From positions 1 to 64,000 of the forward strand of contig NIVC01003929.1 of assembly GCA_002269645.1 (NCBI GenBank): a stretch of DNA of 64,000 nucleotides. Direction: 5' to 3'. A program made the translations under genes and the position numbers. Below, piece by piece: positions 1 through 12,985 of the stretch. The first letter of the stretch is position 1; each line of letters starts with the position of its first letter. The notes below the pieces were generated by a model. That model ran no database searches, had not been told where the DNA came from, and saw only the letters and a program-made list of their open reading frames with translations. Origin of the DNA: Macrostomum lignano (taxonomy: Eukaryota).

Positions 1-1873
1 CAATGATGAAGTTCTGCACGCTGATGCTCACGCTGATAACGAACAGCGTGTGCAGAAGGCTGGTAGACAGCCGGTGCGGCAGGTTGGCCGTGTTAATAAT
101 CAGCCGCAGCGGGGAGTACAGCACGTGACGATGCGAGCTAAACTCCTGGCCTCGAAAGTCTGTCATGTAGAGCAGGGTGCGAACACCAGGTAGGCCCAGA
201 CTAGCAGCAGCGGCAGTACCAGCAGGAAGTTCACCAACATCTTCCGGAAGCAGATGCTGAGAAAAGCCGCCTGCTTCACTGCCATTTCGTAGGCCTCAAA
301 TAGGCCGAACATGTTGAAGAAGAAGTACAAAACAGCCGAGCACTCAGCGGATTGCGTTAGCACCGACAGCCAGAAAGTGCCGCTGGAAATGCCCAGGACA
401 AGAGCTGAGCAGTCTAGGAATCTGCTCAACAAGCTGGCCAAGACTATATAGATCAGACCCGTTGCAAAGCACAGCGCGTACACTGCGTCATAGAAGTGCG
501 ACTGAACTACAAAATCGGACTTGGAGGCAGGCATCCATCGGGATGAATAGAACTGTCGATCTTTGACAACGTTGTAAACAATGGTGACCAGTCTAAAGGC
601 CTGAAATATTGCTAAGAGGATCAGGACGCTGATGAGATTTGCAATGATGTTGGACCGGGTGACCCGCGTAAAGAAAACTGGAGACCGGAGCAGCACACGG
701 CTGTTCGCGCGGATTTAGATCCGTGATCAGGAAGCGGAATAGGTTTTCTGGCTGGCAGCCATGCCGAATGAATTCCTCGGTTGAGGACCCGTTGGACAGC
801 GAGCCATTAATCAGCGACCGCATATATTGGGTGAACTCGGAGAACCCCAACTGAAGCTGGTAGCCGCCACAGCATCGCGGATATGGTCCCGAACGAAAAT
901 GTAATGGGAGAGAAGATCAAAGTGAATATGACAATGGCTGCTCTGTGCATGTACATGGCGCAGGACATCTCGCTAACAACTGCTTTCATCCACTTCTTGA
1001 TAACAGGACACTCGAGCAGTCCCGACTCCGACAGTGGATCCGCCTCCGACGCCGAGATCAGAGTGAGCATGAGCATGGGATTCTTGTCCCTCCGCTCACC
1101 CTTCATCAGATCGTACTCCGCAGGTCAAACGTGTTGCGAACTCGAATGCCGTGACTCACCTGCTTACTCAGAATGTAGCCTTTTACGTGCAGGATGCACT
1201 GAAATGTGGAGTATGCTCCGATGAGAACAGATAACTCCAGCGGTCTCAGTCCGTCCGAGTTCTCCATGAGACACAGCGAGTGCAGCAGACTCGATGCAGA
1301 TCTGAAACGGAGCGAGACTGCATGACAGCTGCGAGACAGTGCTCGAGCTCACTCACACATGAGACACAATATCGGACTCACTGCTGCTCCGAGTACGGAC
1401 TCTCGACGTCGCTTAGCATGGAGAGCAGTCGAGTCTGGAACGCGTCGAACTGCTCCGAGAGGCGAGTGTTTCCGCCGGTAGCACTCTTCCGCCGGAGCAG
1501 CACGCTCGCCTCCGCCAGACAGTGCAGAACACCTGAGCCAGAATCGTCTCGCATCATGAGCAGGTGAGGCTGTTCAGCAGAGATGAAGCTCAGCACCGTG
1601 AGCTCTGCCTGAGCACGCTGAGGTGAACGATTGTGCTGAAGCTGACGCTGCAGCGCTGAGCAGATGAAGTGCGGCCCGATGAGGATCTCGTCCAGCAGCC
1701 AGTCGATCGCTGCATCTCAGCGTCGGTGCTTAGATGGCCGCTGAGGTGTTCGGGTCGAGGCCAGCTGCAGACAGCACCGCCAGCATCCGCTGCACGTCAT
1801 CGCACCGCAGGCACTCCGTCAGGCGATTAGACAGCTCAGGGTCGAAGACAAATCCTGAATCTTCTTGAGGCAT
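1..1873 (-). pseudogene. TRPV-like ion channel paralog A, frameshifted; runs off the window start
   Basis: ATG at 1873 (MPQEDSGFVFDPELSNRLTECLRCDDVQR) and a 53-nt GT-AG intron at 1329-1381. Homologous to paralog B throughout (…YSPLRLIINT…LHTLFVISVSISVQNFII at the window edge). The frame breaks at about 1118 (CGG[G]AG), 850, 700 and 180 (TTCG[G]C), with further single-base indels versus B at about 1597 and 1756. It could be a real pseudogene or long-read indel error. Confidence 0.75.
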
Positions 1874-3068
1874 GGTCTTGGATACTGAGCACTCAAGAGT
1901 ATCCCTTGACTACATTTCAGCTACCGCCACCTCTTCTTTATAAATGATTGCCTCTTGCTTCCGAAGTGCAAATGTTTGTTGAGTCGCTTCTCTACTCGTC
2001 GATTCACACAGAGTTGGCACAGCCATCCAGGAAGCGTTATCGACTTAATTACATTTCTGAGAATTATTGATAACACACTGCTTGCTCAGTGTGTTATCAA
2101 TAATTTGAGTAGTAAATTTAAGCATTCTTTTTACAACCTTAACTAGTCTTATCGACTTTTTGGCTGGTTCTATGGACCATTGGTTGTAGCAGGGGATGCC
2201 AGATTATTGAAAATCGTTTGAAGGCCTCATTTTGCTTATTACAAAGCAGAAGCAGCATAAGTAAGTCTTAGTGTTCTTTAAACAAATTTTTCTATTTTTG
2301 TAGGATACATTGCATCGAACGGGCATTTACCGTTTTTATTAGAGGCAGTAAGCGACATTGTCACACAACCGGCGAGAGGCATTGCTGCCCATTCCGCCGA
2401 CTCCCCTGAGCAGGCATACAAGCGCGCGGATACGTACGCAGTCATACGCACAGGCACACACTCACACAGGAGTGCACAGCGGCGCTAATTTATTTATCGT
2501 TAGGCATGTACACTTCACTGTGCCTATGAAAAATATATCAAAAATATTATATTAATAATAATACTAATAAGTGCAAAAAACTCTAAGTAACATAAGGTAG
2601 CGTGCATGGAGATGAAAATAAGCCATAAATTTTCTAAGGTTCTAAGGTTTTAAGATTCACGGAAGAGAAGAAATTTACTAGTGATTTAAATAAATATACA
2701 TGTAGATTTAATCGTTTTATACTCGAAGCGGAAACGTTATGAGTTTTTTGTCTCTCTCGTTAGTCGCGTGTTATCCAAAACCAATCGGGCCAAGTTGCCA
2801 GAAATATTTGTGTATTTTCCAAGTTATTACTCTTAGCAAACATTACGCCCTTATTTTTTTTATTTTATACCACTTACATAGCTATAGTAGTTGGAGTCCT
2901 CTTCATCGGCTAACTGACTTTAGTGTAAGTATTCATACTATAATTCAGAATAAAAGGTTAAAGACTGAAGATGCCGCATATGTTTTTCATCGCATTTTCA
3001 TCTGTTAGCTGTAAAAATGACCGATGCATGCAGTTTAAGACTGGGCTGATTTCCAAAATTATTCCGCT

Positions 3069-5195
3069 TCAGCTTCGGTTCGTGTCAAAAAATCGGCTGC
3101 GAGGTGGCCGCAAGCTGCAAACGGTCAGGACGTACCTTGGCTCCTGCTCCTCCTTTGCCCAGTAGCGGAGCATTCGAGTCAGAAACCAATAGAACTTCCA
3201 CGCCTTGAAGGAGCAGTTAAGGCTGGATAGCTGGTAGATCAATTCGAAATTGACTGCCACGTGACTGAACGCATGCAAAATGTAGGCAATGAGTAGGTTC
3301 TGGATGTTAATGGTCACGATGAGAGCGAACAGAGTGTGCAAAATCATTACAGACAGCCTTGGCGACAGCTGGAGCAGGTTGACAATCAACAGCATCGGTG
3401 AGTAGAATACTGCGAAATGCGATTGAAAATCGGTACCATTAACGTCGGCAAGGTACAGAAGGGTGCCAAACACCAGGTAGGCCCAGATAAACAGCAGTGG
3501 AATGGAGTTTAAAAACTTGGCCAACATCCAGCGAAAGCAGATGGCTAAGAAGGCCACGTGTTTAAGTATCATCTCGTACACTTCAATGATGCTGAACAGA
3601 TTGAAGAAAATGAATAGAACAGCGGAGCACTCTGAGACACTTGACAATACTTGCAGTCGGTAGTTTTCAGTAGCAGGGTCCAGCACATAGTCTGAACAGT
3701 CCAGCATCCAGAGCATAACCAAAGTGCTACTGACATACACCAGGCCACTGATGAAGCTCATTATGAACACGTTGTCATAGAAACGACTCTGCACGAGATA
3801 ATTCGATCTGCGAGGCATCCATCGGGGACTGCTGAGGACTATCCTTGTCCGGTGCACTATGATGACAGCCTGAACTAGCAGATACCCCAAAACTATCAAC
3901 GGAATCAGGAGAGGTAGCCGAAACACCTCGTAGCGCTTCACATCGTTGAAAAAAACGGGGGAAACACAGATCACGGCGTTGTTGTCTGGATTGGACCTGT
4001 TGGAGAGGAAAGCCAGAATTTGCAGGGAGGAGCAACTGGACCGCACAAAATCCACCGCGAGCTCTTGAGCGCTGGTATTCGAGGCACCAAAGACACCTCT
4101 GGGCAGTTGCGACCTCAAGTAGCCAATGTGTTCCCGATATCCAACCTGCAGGTAGTGACCGAATTGGACAAAGCTGGCCACCGCAACTATGAACGGAGTC
4201 AGAGGACTCATATAGGTCACTATTGTTGGTAGAAACATGCTTTTCAGCATCACAGTGCCGCGCATGTCAAGGAAAATTGCTTTCATCCACTTCTTGATGA
4301 CGGGACACTCGAGCAGTCCCGACTCCGACAGTGGATCCGCCTCCGACGCCGAGATCAGAGTGAGCATGAGCATGGGATTCTTGTCCCTCCGCTCACCCTT
4401 CATCAGATCGTACTCCCGCAGGTCGAACGTGTTGCGAACTCGAATGCCGTGACTCACCTGCTTACTCAGAATGTAGCCTTTTACGTGCAGGATGCACTGA
4501 AATGTGGAGTATGCTCCGATGAGAACAGATAACTCCAGCGGTCTCAGTCCGTCCGAGTTCTCCATGAGACACAGCGAGTGCAGCAGACTCGATGCAGATC
4601 TGAAACGGAGCGAGACTGCATGACTAGCTGCGAGACAGTGCTCGAGCTCACTCACACATGAGTCACAATATCGGACTCACTGCTGCTCCGAGTACGGACT
4701 CTCGACGTCGCTCAGCATGGAGAGCAGTCGAGTCTGGAACGCGTCGAACTGCTCTGAGAGGCGAGTGTTTCCGCCGGTAGCACTCTTCCGCCGGAGCAGC
4801 ACGCTCGCCTCCGCCAGACAGTGCAGCACACCTGAGCCAGAATCGTCTCGCATCATGAGCAGGTGAGGCTGTTCAGCAGAGATGAAGCTCAGCACCCGTG
4901 AGCTCTGCCTGAACACGCTGAGGTGAACGATTGTGCTGAAGCTGACGCTGCAGCGCTGAGCAGATGAAGTGCGGCCCGATGAGGATCTCGTCCAGCAGCC
5001 AGTCGATCGCTGCATCTCAGCGTCGGTGCTTAGATGGCCGCTGAGGTGTTCGGGTCCGAGGCCAGCTGCAGACAGCACCGCCAGCATCCGCTGCACGTCA
5101 TCGCACCGCACGCACTCAGTCAGGCGGCTGGACAGCTCAAAACCAAAGAAATTGTCTCCTTCATTTTCGCTATTTGGTGGTGTCTGTGGTTTCAT
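3069..5195 (-). CDS. TRPV-like ion channel paralog B (ankyrin-like N-terminus plus a multi-TM channel domain); exons 5195-4681 and 4623-3069
   Basis: NSDGLRPLELSVLIGAYSTFQCIL…RNTFDLREYD matches the last ankyrin repeat/linker pattern of TRPV channels (NxDGLTPLxLA…G…F..IL…LYDL). Several hydrophobic helices follow, and QNLLIAYILHAFSHV resembles the S6 NLLIAMM motif. The TGA at 4677 lies inside a GTGAGT donor, with the intron at 4680-4624. The reading frame around 4890-5060 is uncertain. Confidence 0.75.
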
Positions 5196-5691
5196 TGCCT
5201 GTCGCTGCTTCGATAACTTTCAATTTCCTATGTATTGGGTATCAGTTTTCTCGAATTCAATCTTGGAGTATGCGCAGTCTTTTTCGTGACTGAAATACTG
5301 GATCGCAGTCTGTATCGTTACATTCTGCTCCCATTTCTCTCCCCCTATCCACCGCGATGCTCAGCCAATTAGGCCATGTTTGGGCCATGCATGGCAGCTG
5401 CGGATAAGTCAATAACTGGGCACCGACTAATTGGATTCTGGGGTTATTGGCTGTCAAACAGTCGACCAGTTGGGCTGTGCAGGCCTCACAGTGTACGTAG
5501 TACAACAGAGGCAGTCATGAGCCCTATTGTTATGCCTTGTAACCTAGCAACCATCTAGAGGCAATTTGTGACAGAAACTCTGTGCAAATACATCTAATTG
5601 AGTTATGCGCAATCAAGTCAATAGACAGATCGAGTAATTTTCCTTTGTGTTCTGGTCTACAATACGCTACGCCTTTTACCCGCCTACCTTC

Positions 5692-6015
5692 AGGCGGGGC
5701 GCCAGCTACAGAAAGGTCGCCAGGTAAAGAGGGACGCCAGCTACAGAGGGGGCGCCAGCTACAGAAGGGGCGCCAGCTACAGAAGGGGCGCCAGCTACAG
5801 AGGGACGCCAGCTACAGAGGTGGCGCCAGCTACAGAAGGGGCGCCAGCTACAGAGGGGCGCCAGCTACAGAAAGGTCGCGAGGTAAATAGGGACGCCAGC
5901 TACAGAGGTGGCGCCAGCTACAGAAGGGGCGCCAGCTACAGAAGGGGCGCCAGCTACAGAGGGACGCCAGCTACAGAGGTGGCGCCAGTTACAGAAGGGG
6001 CGCCAGCTACACCCC
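5692..6015. repeat. 17-18 bp minisatellite (agaaggggcgccagctac)n
   Basis: Tandem units visible directly. Confidence 0.95.
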
Positions 6016-6591
6016 ATGACACCCACCACCACCGTTGTCGCCACTCGGAATAACATGGAGAAAGTTAGAAAGGAAAGTAAGAAATAAAGAAAGCAGAAAG
6101 AATTTAGTTGGGCTAAAGTCCCGACTGTCGGCAGCCCTCGCCTTCCATCTGATTTCCAACCTTTTCTACGGAGCAAATCTGCAGACTGTAATTATGGCAA
6201 TGGTACGCTGTTTTCCTGTGTAATATTAATCAAAATTAAAGCTAGCTAGAAGCTTTTGGAGACAGGAAAATTCTGCATAACAAAGTGTTCTAACTAGCTA
6301 ATTAGCTAATTATCTTGTTGACAACTGAAACAGTTGTGCAATAATTGCTCCTATTTAAGGCAGCATTGACAGAGCAAATCAATGGTTTATGAGGACTGGC
6401 AAGCCCGTTGTCAAGGCCTGTTTGTTTTTTGTAGGCGTAATGCTCTGAAGTTAATGTGTATATTCATATTTGTGGTCAATAAGAGGACAGCAGTAACTTT
6501 AAAACTGGAATATATACCTAATATTTTTATTTTGCACCAAGCTTCGCACGTTTAACGATTAAATTGCGAAAAAAATTAGCTTTCTACATTT

Positions 6592-6894
6592 GATAATAAT
6601 TGATTACACCTGCCCTATTTGGGCCAGATGTGCAACCGACAGCTCAGCCGCAGCTATTGCGTGGCGCATCTGAAGGCTGCGTACGGCTGTTCAGTCCAAG
6701 GACTGGAGGGTCGCCACACACACCCTCAATTACCCCAGCTAATGCTGGCACCCATTTTACAGCTGGGTGAACTGAAGCAATACAGAGTTAAGTGTCTTGC
6801 TCAAGGACACTATTTTTTCCAGTGGGATCGGGAATCGAACCCCCGACCTTCAAATCGCTAGTCCGACGCTCTAACCACTAGGCTACAACCCCTG
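6592..6894 (-). mobile_element. tRNA-derived SINE with CORE-like central domain (copy 1)
   Basis: The reverse strand starts GGGGTTGTAGCCTAGTGG (A box) … GGTTCGATTCC (B box). It continues GTGTCCTTGAGCAAGACACTTAAC…CAGCTGTAAAATGGG, resembling the CORE-SINE consensus, and ends in an ATT-rich tail. A second copy lies at 33383. Confidence 0.9.
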
Positions 6895-7755
6895 TTCTAC
6901 ATGCATTCCTTCAAAATTGAGGTCAGGCTCCTTCCTTTAAAGTATAGTCCTTGCTTCCTACTGGAAGTAGGCTGAAAGATGTTTAATAATAAAATAATAA
7001 TTGCAAGACGGCTGTGGGGGCACCCCGGCGCAACGACTTCGATGACATCGTCCCACAGCCCTTTACGCTGACTTCTGATCACATAAAAGCGTACAAGCGC
7101 CAATACTGTAGGCAGGCACGCAGACGCTCACACAGGGTGTACAGTGGCGAACCATTTAAATTTAGCAAATCAGTTTCAAAGAGTTCCAATTTGTGAGGAA
7201 GAATTTAAGCAGTCTTTTCGCAAAGAATTCTTGGCTAATCGGCTTAGGATCGGGTGCCGCTCCCCGCCAGGCCCTCCACCTTGGAGGAGCCTTCAGCGCT
7301 TGCTTCCGCAACTTTATTTTTTTCTAACTCGGGAAAAAATCTGCTTTGCTTCATCTGCCTTAGCAACAGAGGGGCCACGCGGGGAGCGGCCTATAGTATA
7401 ATTAGAGAAATAATGGGCACTGAAGGGATGCTGAGAACAGGGGAGACGGGGGGGGGGGCAAAGTAGATGATGAAGGCGAGGGCGCTCGCAGCTTCTTATT
7501 TAGGCCGAGCCTCCGGAGCTAGAAGGCGTTGCGCTTTGCATTGCTAACTCGATTTTTGTGCCCGGGCCTCAGCCTCGCTGCGACCCCTTAGTGCTCCGCC
7601 GCTCTGGTTTTGATGGGGCCGGAGACTTGAGAGGCATTGCGGATGATTTATAGCTGGCATCTTTTTTGACAGATTGCAGAGCATAGCCTTTTCTGATATT
7701 TCTGAAATTTCTGATAAATGATAGATCACAGTAAAATGCGGATAAAGCGATATCA

Positions 7756-8618
<863 letters not shown>

Positions 8619-9312
8619 AGATATCAGGGCTGCTGCGGAACTTTTGTCTTTGTGCCCGCGGCAACCTCAAGCACACAGGAAAAGCGAAACCACTAATCCC
8701 ACCCAGTTTGTATCCCGTCCGTATGCTGGGCTTTCGCTTCGCTCCCATCGTGTGCCCTCGGGACAAATGAGGCGTGGGCGCTGAGGGAGGATGCTGGAAA
8801 TTCGAGGGCTGAAGTCCCGCGACTCTCGGCCCCCCTCTGCCGTGGAACAGGCCGGGCGCCTCTCCCTCTCCGTCCCATTCCATCAATTTCTCAAGGGAAC
8901 CTGAGACGGGTTTGGCAGGACTAAAGGAAACGCGTAAAGAGAGAAGACTGCTTCGCATTCTGGCGGAGCCCTCATGCCGGCCGAGTGGCCGGCGCCTCAC
9001 CGAGGCGTTCTGGGAATGAAAGGGAGATCTCAAAGCGATTTTTGTTCACAAGAAACTCCCCTCACTAGATCTCTTGAATGCTTGGCAAAAAAAGACTCGC
9101 GCAGAAATTTCTCGGAAACAAACACATTTCTGCTTTCTAAATTTCTTCATGAACGTGTCGTATTCAGGATTATACAATGAATTATGCTATAAATAATTAA
9201 TTAGACGCAAGCATTGAAGCGCGATGCCAAATATGCTACACAACTGTATTTGTGCATTCTCGTGCCTCATCGTAAAAAAGCAGTGTCTAATTTTTTTGAG
9301 AAACTCATTAAC

Positions 9313-9348
<36 letters not shown>

Positions 9349-9477
9349 CCTCAGCAATTTACAAGCGTTGAAGTCACAAATTTGTTTATCAGAATATGAA
9401 ATACTCAATAGACAATTCGCGAAATTTACTAGCAGGACGAAATCGGATAAATTGTATAGGGGATTTTTACTAATGCT

Positions 9478-9635
9478 GCGTGTCACACCGACTGAGCACT
9501 CAGGCTGCTGTGTGTCACACCGACTGAGCACTCAGGCTGCTGTGTGTCACACCGACTGAGCACTCAGGCTGCTGTGTGTCACACCGACTGAGCACTCAGG
9601 CTGCTGTGTGTCACACTGAGCACTCAGGCTGCTGT
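9478..9635. repeat. 32-bp tandem repeat (tgtcacaccgactgagcactcaggctgctgtg), about 5 units
   Basis: Tandem units directly 3' of the GPCR stop codon. Confidence 0.95.
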
Positions 9636-9664
9636 GAAACAGTTTTGCGGATCTCAAAGTGAGG

Positions 9665-10996
9665 TCACACCGAAGACAGCATGCTGGCCGTGTACAGAAC
9701 TTCGTCTGGCCCGCCTCCGCCTCTGGACGGTTTCGCACCGCCTCTCTGGTGCAGATCCCGCTCGGTGAGCTGGTAGGCCTTGTCCAGCTGGACCACCAGG
9801 GCCGCCAGGAACACGCTGGCCACGGGGAAGAAGGCCATGTGCAGCCAGAATGCAATGTCAACTGTGTCATCCGGTATGAGATGCCTGGCCTGCCGGTTTC
9901 GCAGCACAGTCTGCAGCAGACTGATGATGGAAAAAGGCAGCTGGGTGGCCGCCTCAAGACAGTTGAGCACAATCAGCAGCAGGCGGGCGATGCGCATCGG
10001 GCGGCCGCGGAGCAGAGTGCGCGACTGCGTCTGCCCCTGGTTCAGGTGGTTGGCAGCCGGCAGGTAGCCCGGCGGCCGTAGCTCGCCCTCGCCGTTGTTG
10101 GCCGCATCCTCCAGCGAGTCGTCGGCATCTTCGTCTTCATCGCCGGTGGCGTAGGGCCGGAAAGCGCAGAGAAGACAGGTGAGCAGCAGCAGCGCCACCT
10201 GCGGTAGGCCGAACAGCACCAGCAGTGGCGCCAGCCAAGGCCAGAGCTCCGGGACGGTGCAGCGACCCGCTCGAATCGCGGCCTCGGTGATGTCTTTGTG
10301 CAGCACTAAAGCCGGAAGCAGGGCGCCGCTGCACATCGCCCAAGGCAGGCAGTGCACGGCCAGGCCGCCCGCCCTGCCGCAGAGGCTGCTGGAGCAGCGC
10401 CTGGCGGGGTACCGGATGGTCTTGAAGGCCACGCCGACGCTGGCGAGCAGGTGCAGGAACAGCCCTGGGAGCAGGGAGCGGCAGAACAGGTAGGCCTTGC
10501 AGTTGACGCGCCACAGCGGGTCGGCCAGGCCCTCCGGATCGCGGGCCAGCAGCAAAGTGTGCGTCACCGTCACGTAGCCGCCCTGGACAGCGCCGATGAT
10601 GGCGGCGTGGGCGCACAGGCCGTAGAGGCAGTCGGCGTGCTGTCGGCGCCCGCGCCCGCAGGCCCGCGCGATGGCCAGCAGGGCGAGCGCCAGCTGAGCG
10701 ACCAGCGTCAGGCCGGCCAGGCCGAACCCGAGCGAATAGAGCAGCACCGGGGTTGGCGGCCGGCTACTAGGCGAAGTTGGCGGAGCCGGGATCAGCGAGT
10801 TGATTGTTGTCGCCATGGCAACTGCCGGGGGCGGCACCGAGAATGCTGCGTGCGTTCGATTGGGGACACCACCGACGCCGCCGCCGCCGACGCCGACGCC
10901 GAAGTTTCTGCCGGTTGTGTAATTCCGCGCCGATGTGTCCAGCGCCCTGAGAAACTCCGCCTTCGCCAGACGAACTACCGGCTCGTCAGAATTCAT
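9665..10996 (-). CDS. Highly divergent rhodopsin-like (class A) orphan GPCR, 443 aa, intronless
   Basis: ATG at 10996 (MNSDEPVV…). Seven hydrophobic segments, a Cys at the top of TM3 (VNCKAYLF), an ECL2 Cys (GRCTVP), TM6 TQLPF (the CWLPF position) and an N-terminal NYT sequon. Codon usage is GC-rich and coding-like. The ORF track extends this ORF to an upstream non-ATG start. Confidence 0.75.
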   Translation of the reverse strand: MNSDEPVVRLAKAEFLRALDTSARNYTTGRNFGVGVGGGGVGGVPNRTHAAFSVPPPAVAMATTINSLIPAPPTSPSSRPPTPVLLYSLGFGLAGLTLVAQLALALLAIARACGRGRRQHADCLYGLCAHAAIIGAVQGGYVTVTHTLLLARDPEGLADPLWRVNCKAYLFCRSLLPGLFLHLLASVGVAFKTIRYPARRCSSSLCGRAGGLAVHCLPWAMCSGALLPALVLHKDITEAAIRAGRCTVPELWPWLAPLLVLFGLPQVALLLLTCLLCAFRPYATGDEDEDADDSLEDAANNGEGELRPPGYLPAANHLNQGQTQSRTLLRGRPMRIARLLLIVLNCLEAATQLPFSIISLLQTVLRNRQARHLIPDDTVDIAFWLHMAFFPVASVFLAALVVQLDKAYQLTERDLHQRGGAKPSRGGGGPDEVLYTASMLSSV

Positions 10997-11606
10997 GACG
11001 GGTCGCGCTTTGCCGCCTCCTCCTCTTCCTGGCGGTGAGGGGGTGGCGACAGGGCCAGCGGAGAGAGCGCGTTGGCGGAGAGAAGAGGAGGGGCAGCTTT
11101 GACCGAGCCAATTCGCTGCAGGGCAAAGAAAGAGGGCGGATCTGAGGCCAGGAGAGTTTTTGGCGCTGAACCGAAAGGACGCACGGTGGTTTCCGCGGGT
11201 CAGGGCGAGAGAGAGAGAGGGGGGACTGGGGGAGGAATAGGGGGCAATCGGGGAAGTGGGGACACAATCTTTCCTGGCTGCCGGCAGCGGTCCGGGCAAT
11301 CAGTGGCCCAACGTCCCTCTTCTACAACAACAGCAGCGGCAGCAGCAGCGGTGGCGGCTATGTGGCGGCAGGCTGCGCAGGCAGACCTGGAGGGTGGGGA
11401 AAAGAAGCAGAAAAAAATCACGGACCAGAGGGAGACTGCATGGCGGGCTGAAATTAGGTAATAGGACACGGACTTTTTGATCTTGAAACGCTGCAAAAAG
11501 GGGGATGAACCAGCTGGTCGACTCTGCGCTTCCCGTTTGCTATTCCAGCTCGCTTTTGTGCAGGTCAAGCAGGTCTGCTAATGCAGAAATAGGAGAAATA
11601 GGACAG

Positions 11607-12985
<1,379 letters not shown>

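Noticed and set aside
4656-4680. In-frame TGA between ORFs 4677-5195 and 3069-4655, conserved in both TRP copies, suggesting readthrough or selenocysteine
   Set aside because: The TGA is part of a canonical GTGAGT donor, and a 53/57-nt intron removes it in frame in both copies.
6820-6894. tRNA-like sequence (also 33383-33455)
   Set aside because: The T and acceptor stems are incomplete, the two copies have different anticodon triplets, and both continue into a shared SINE body.
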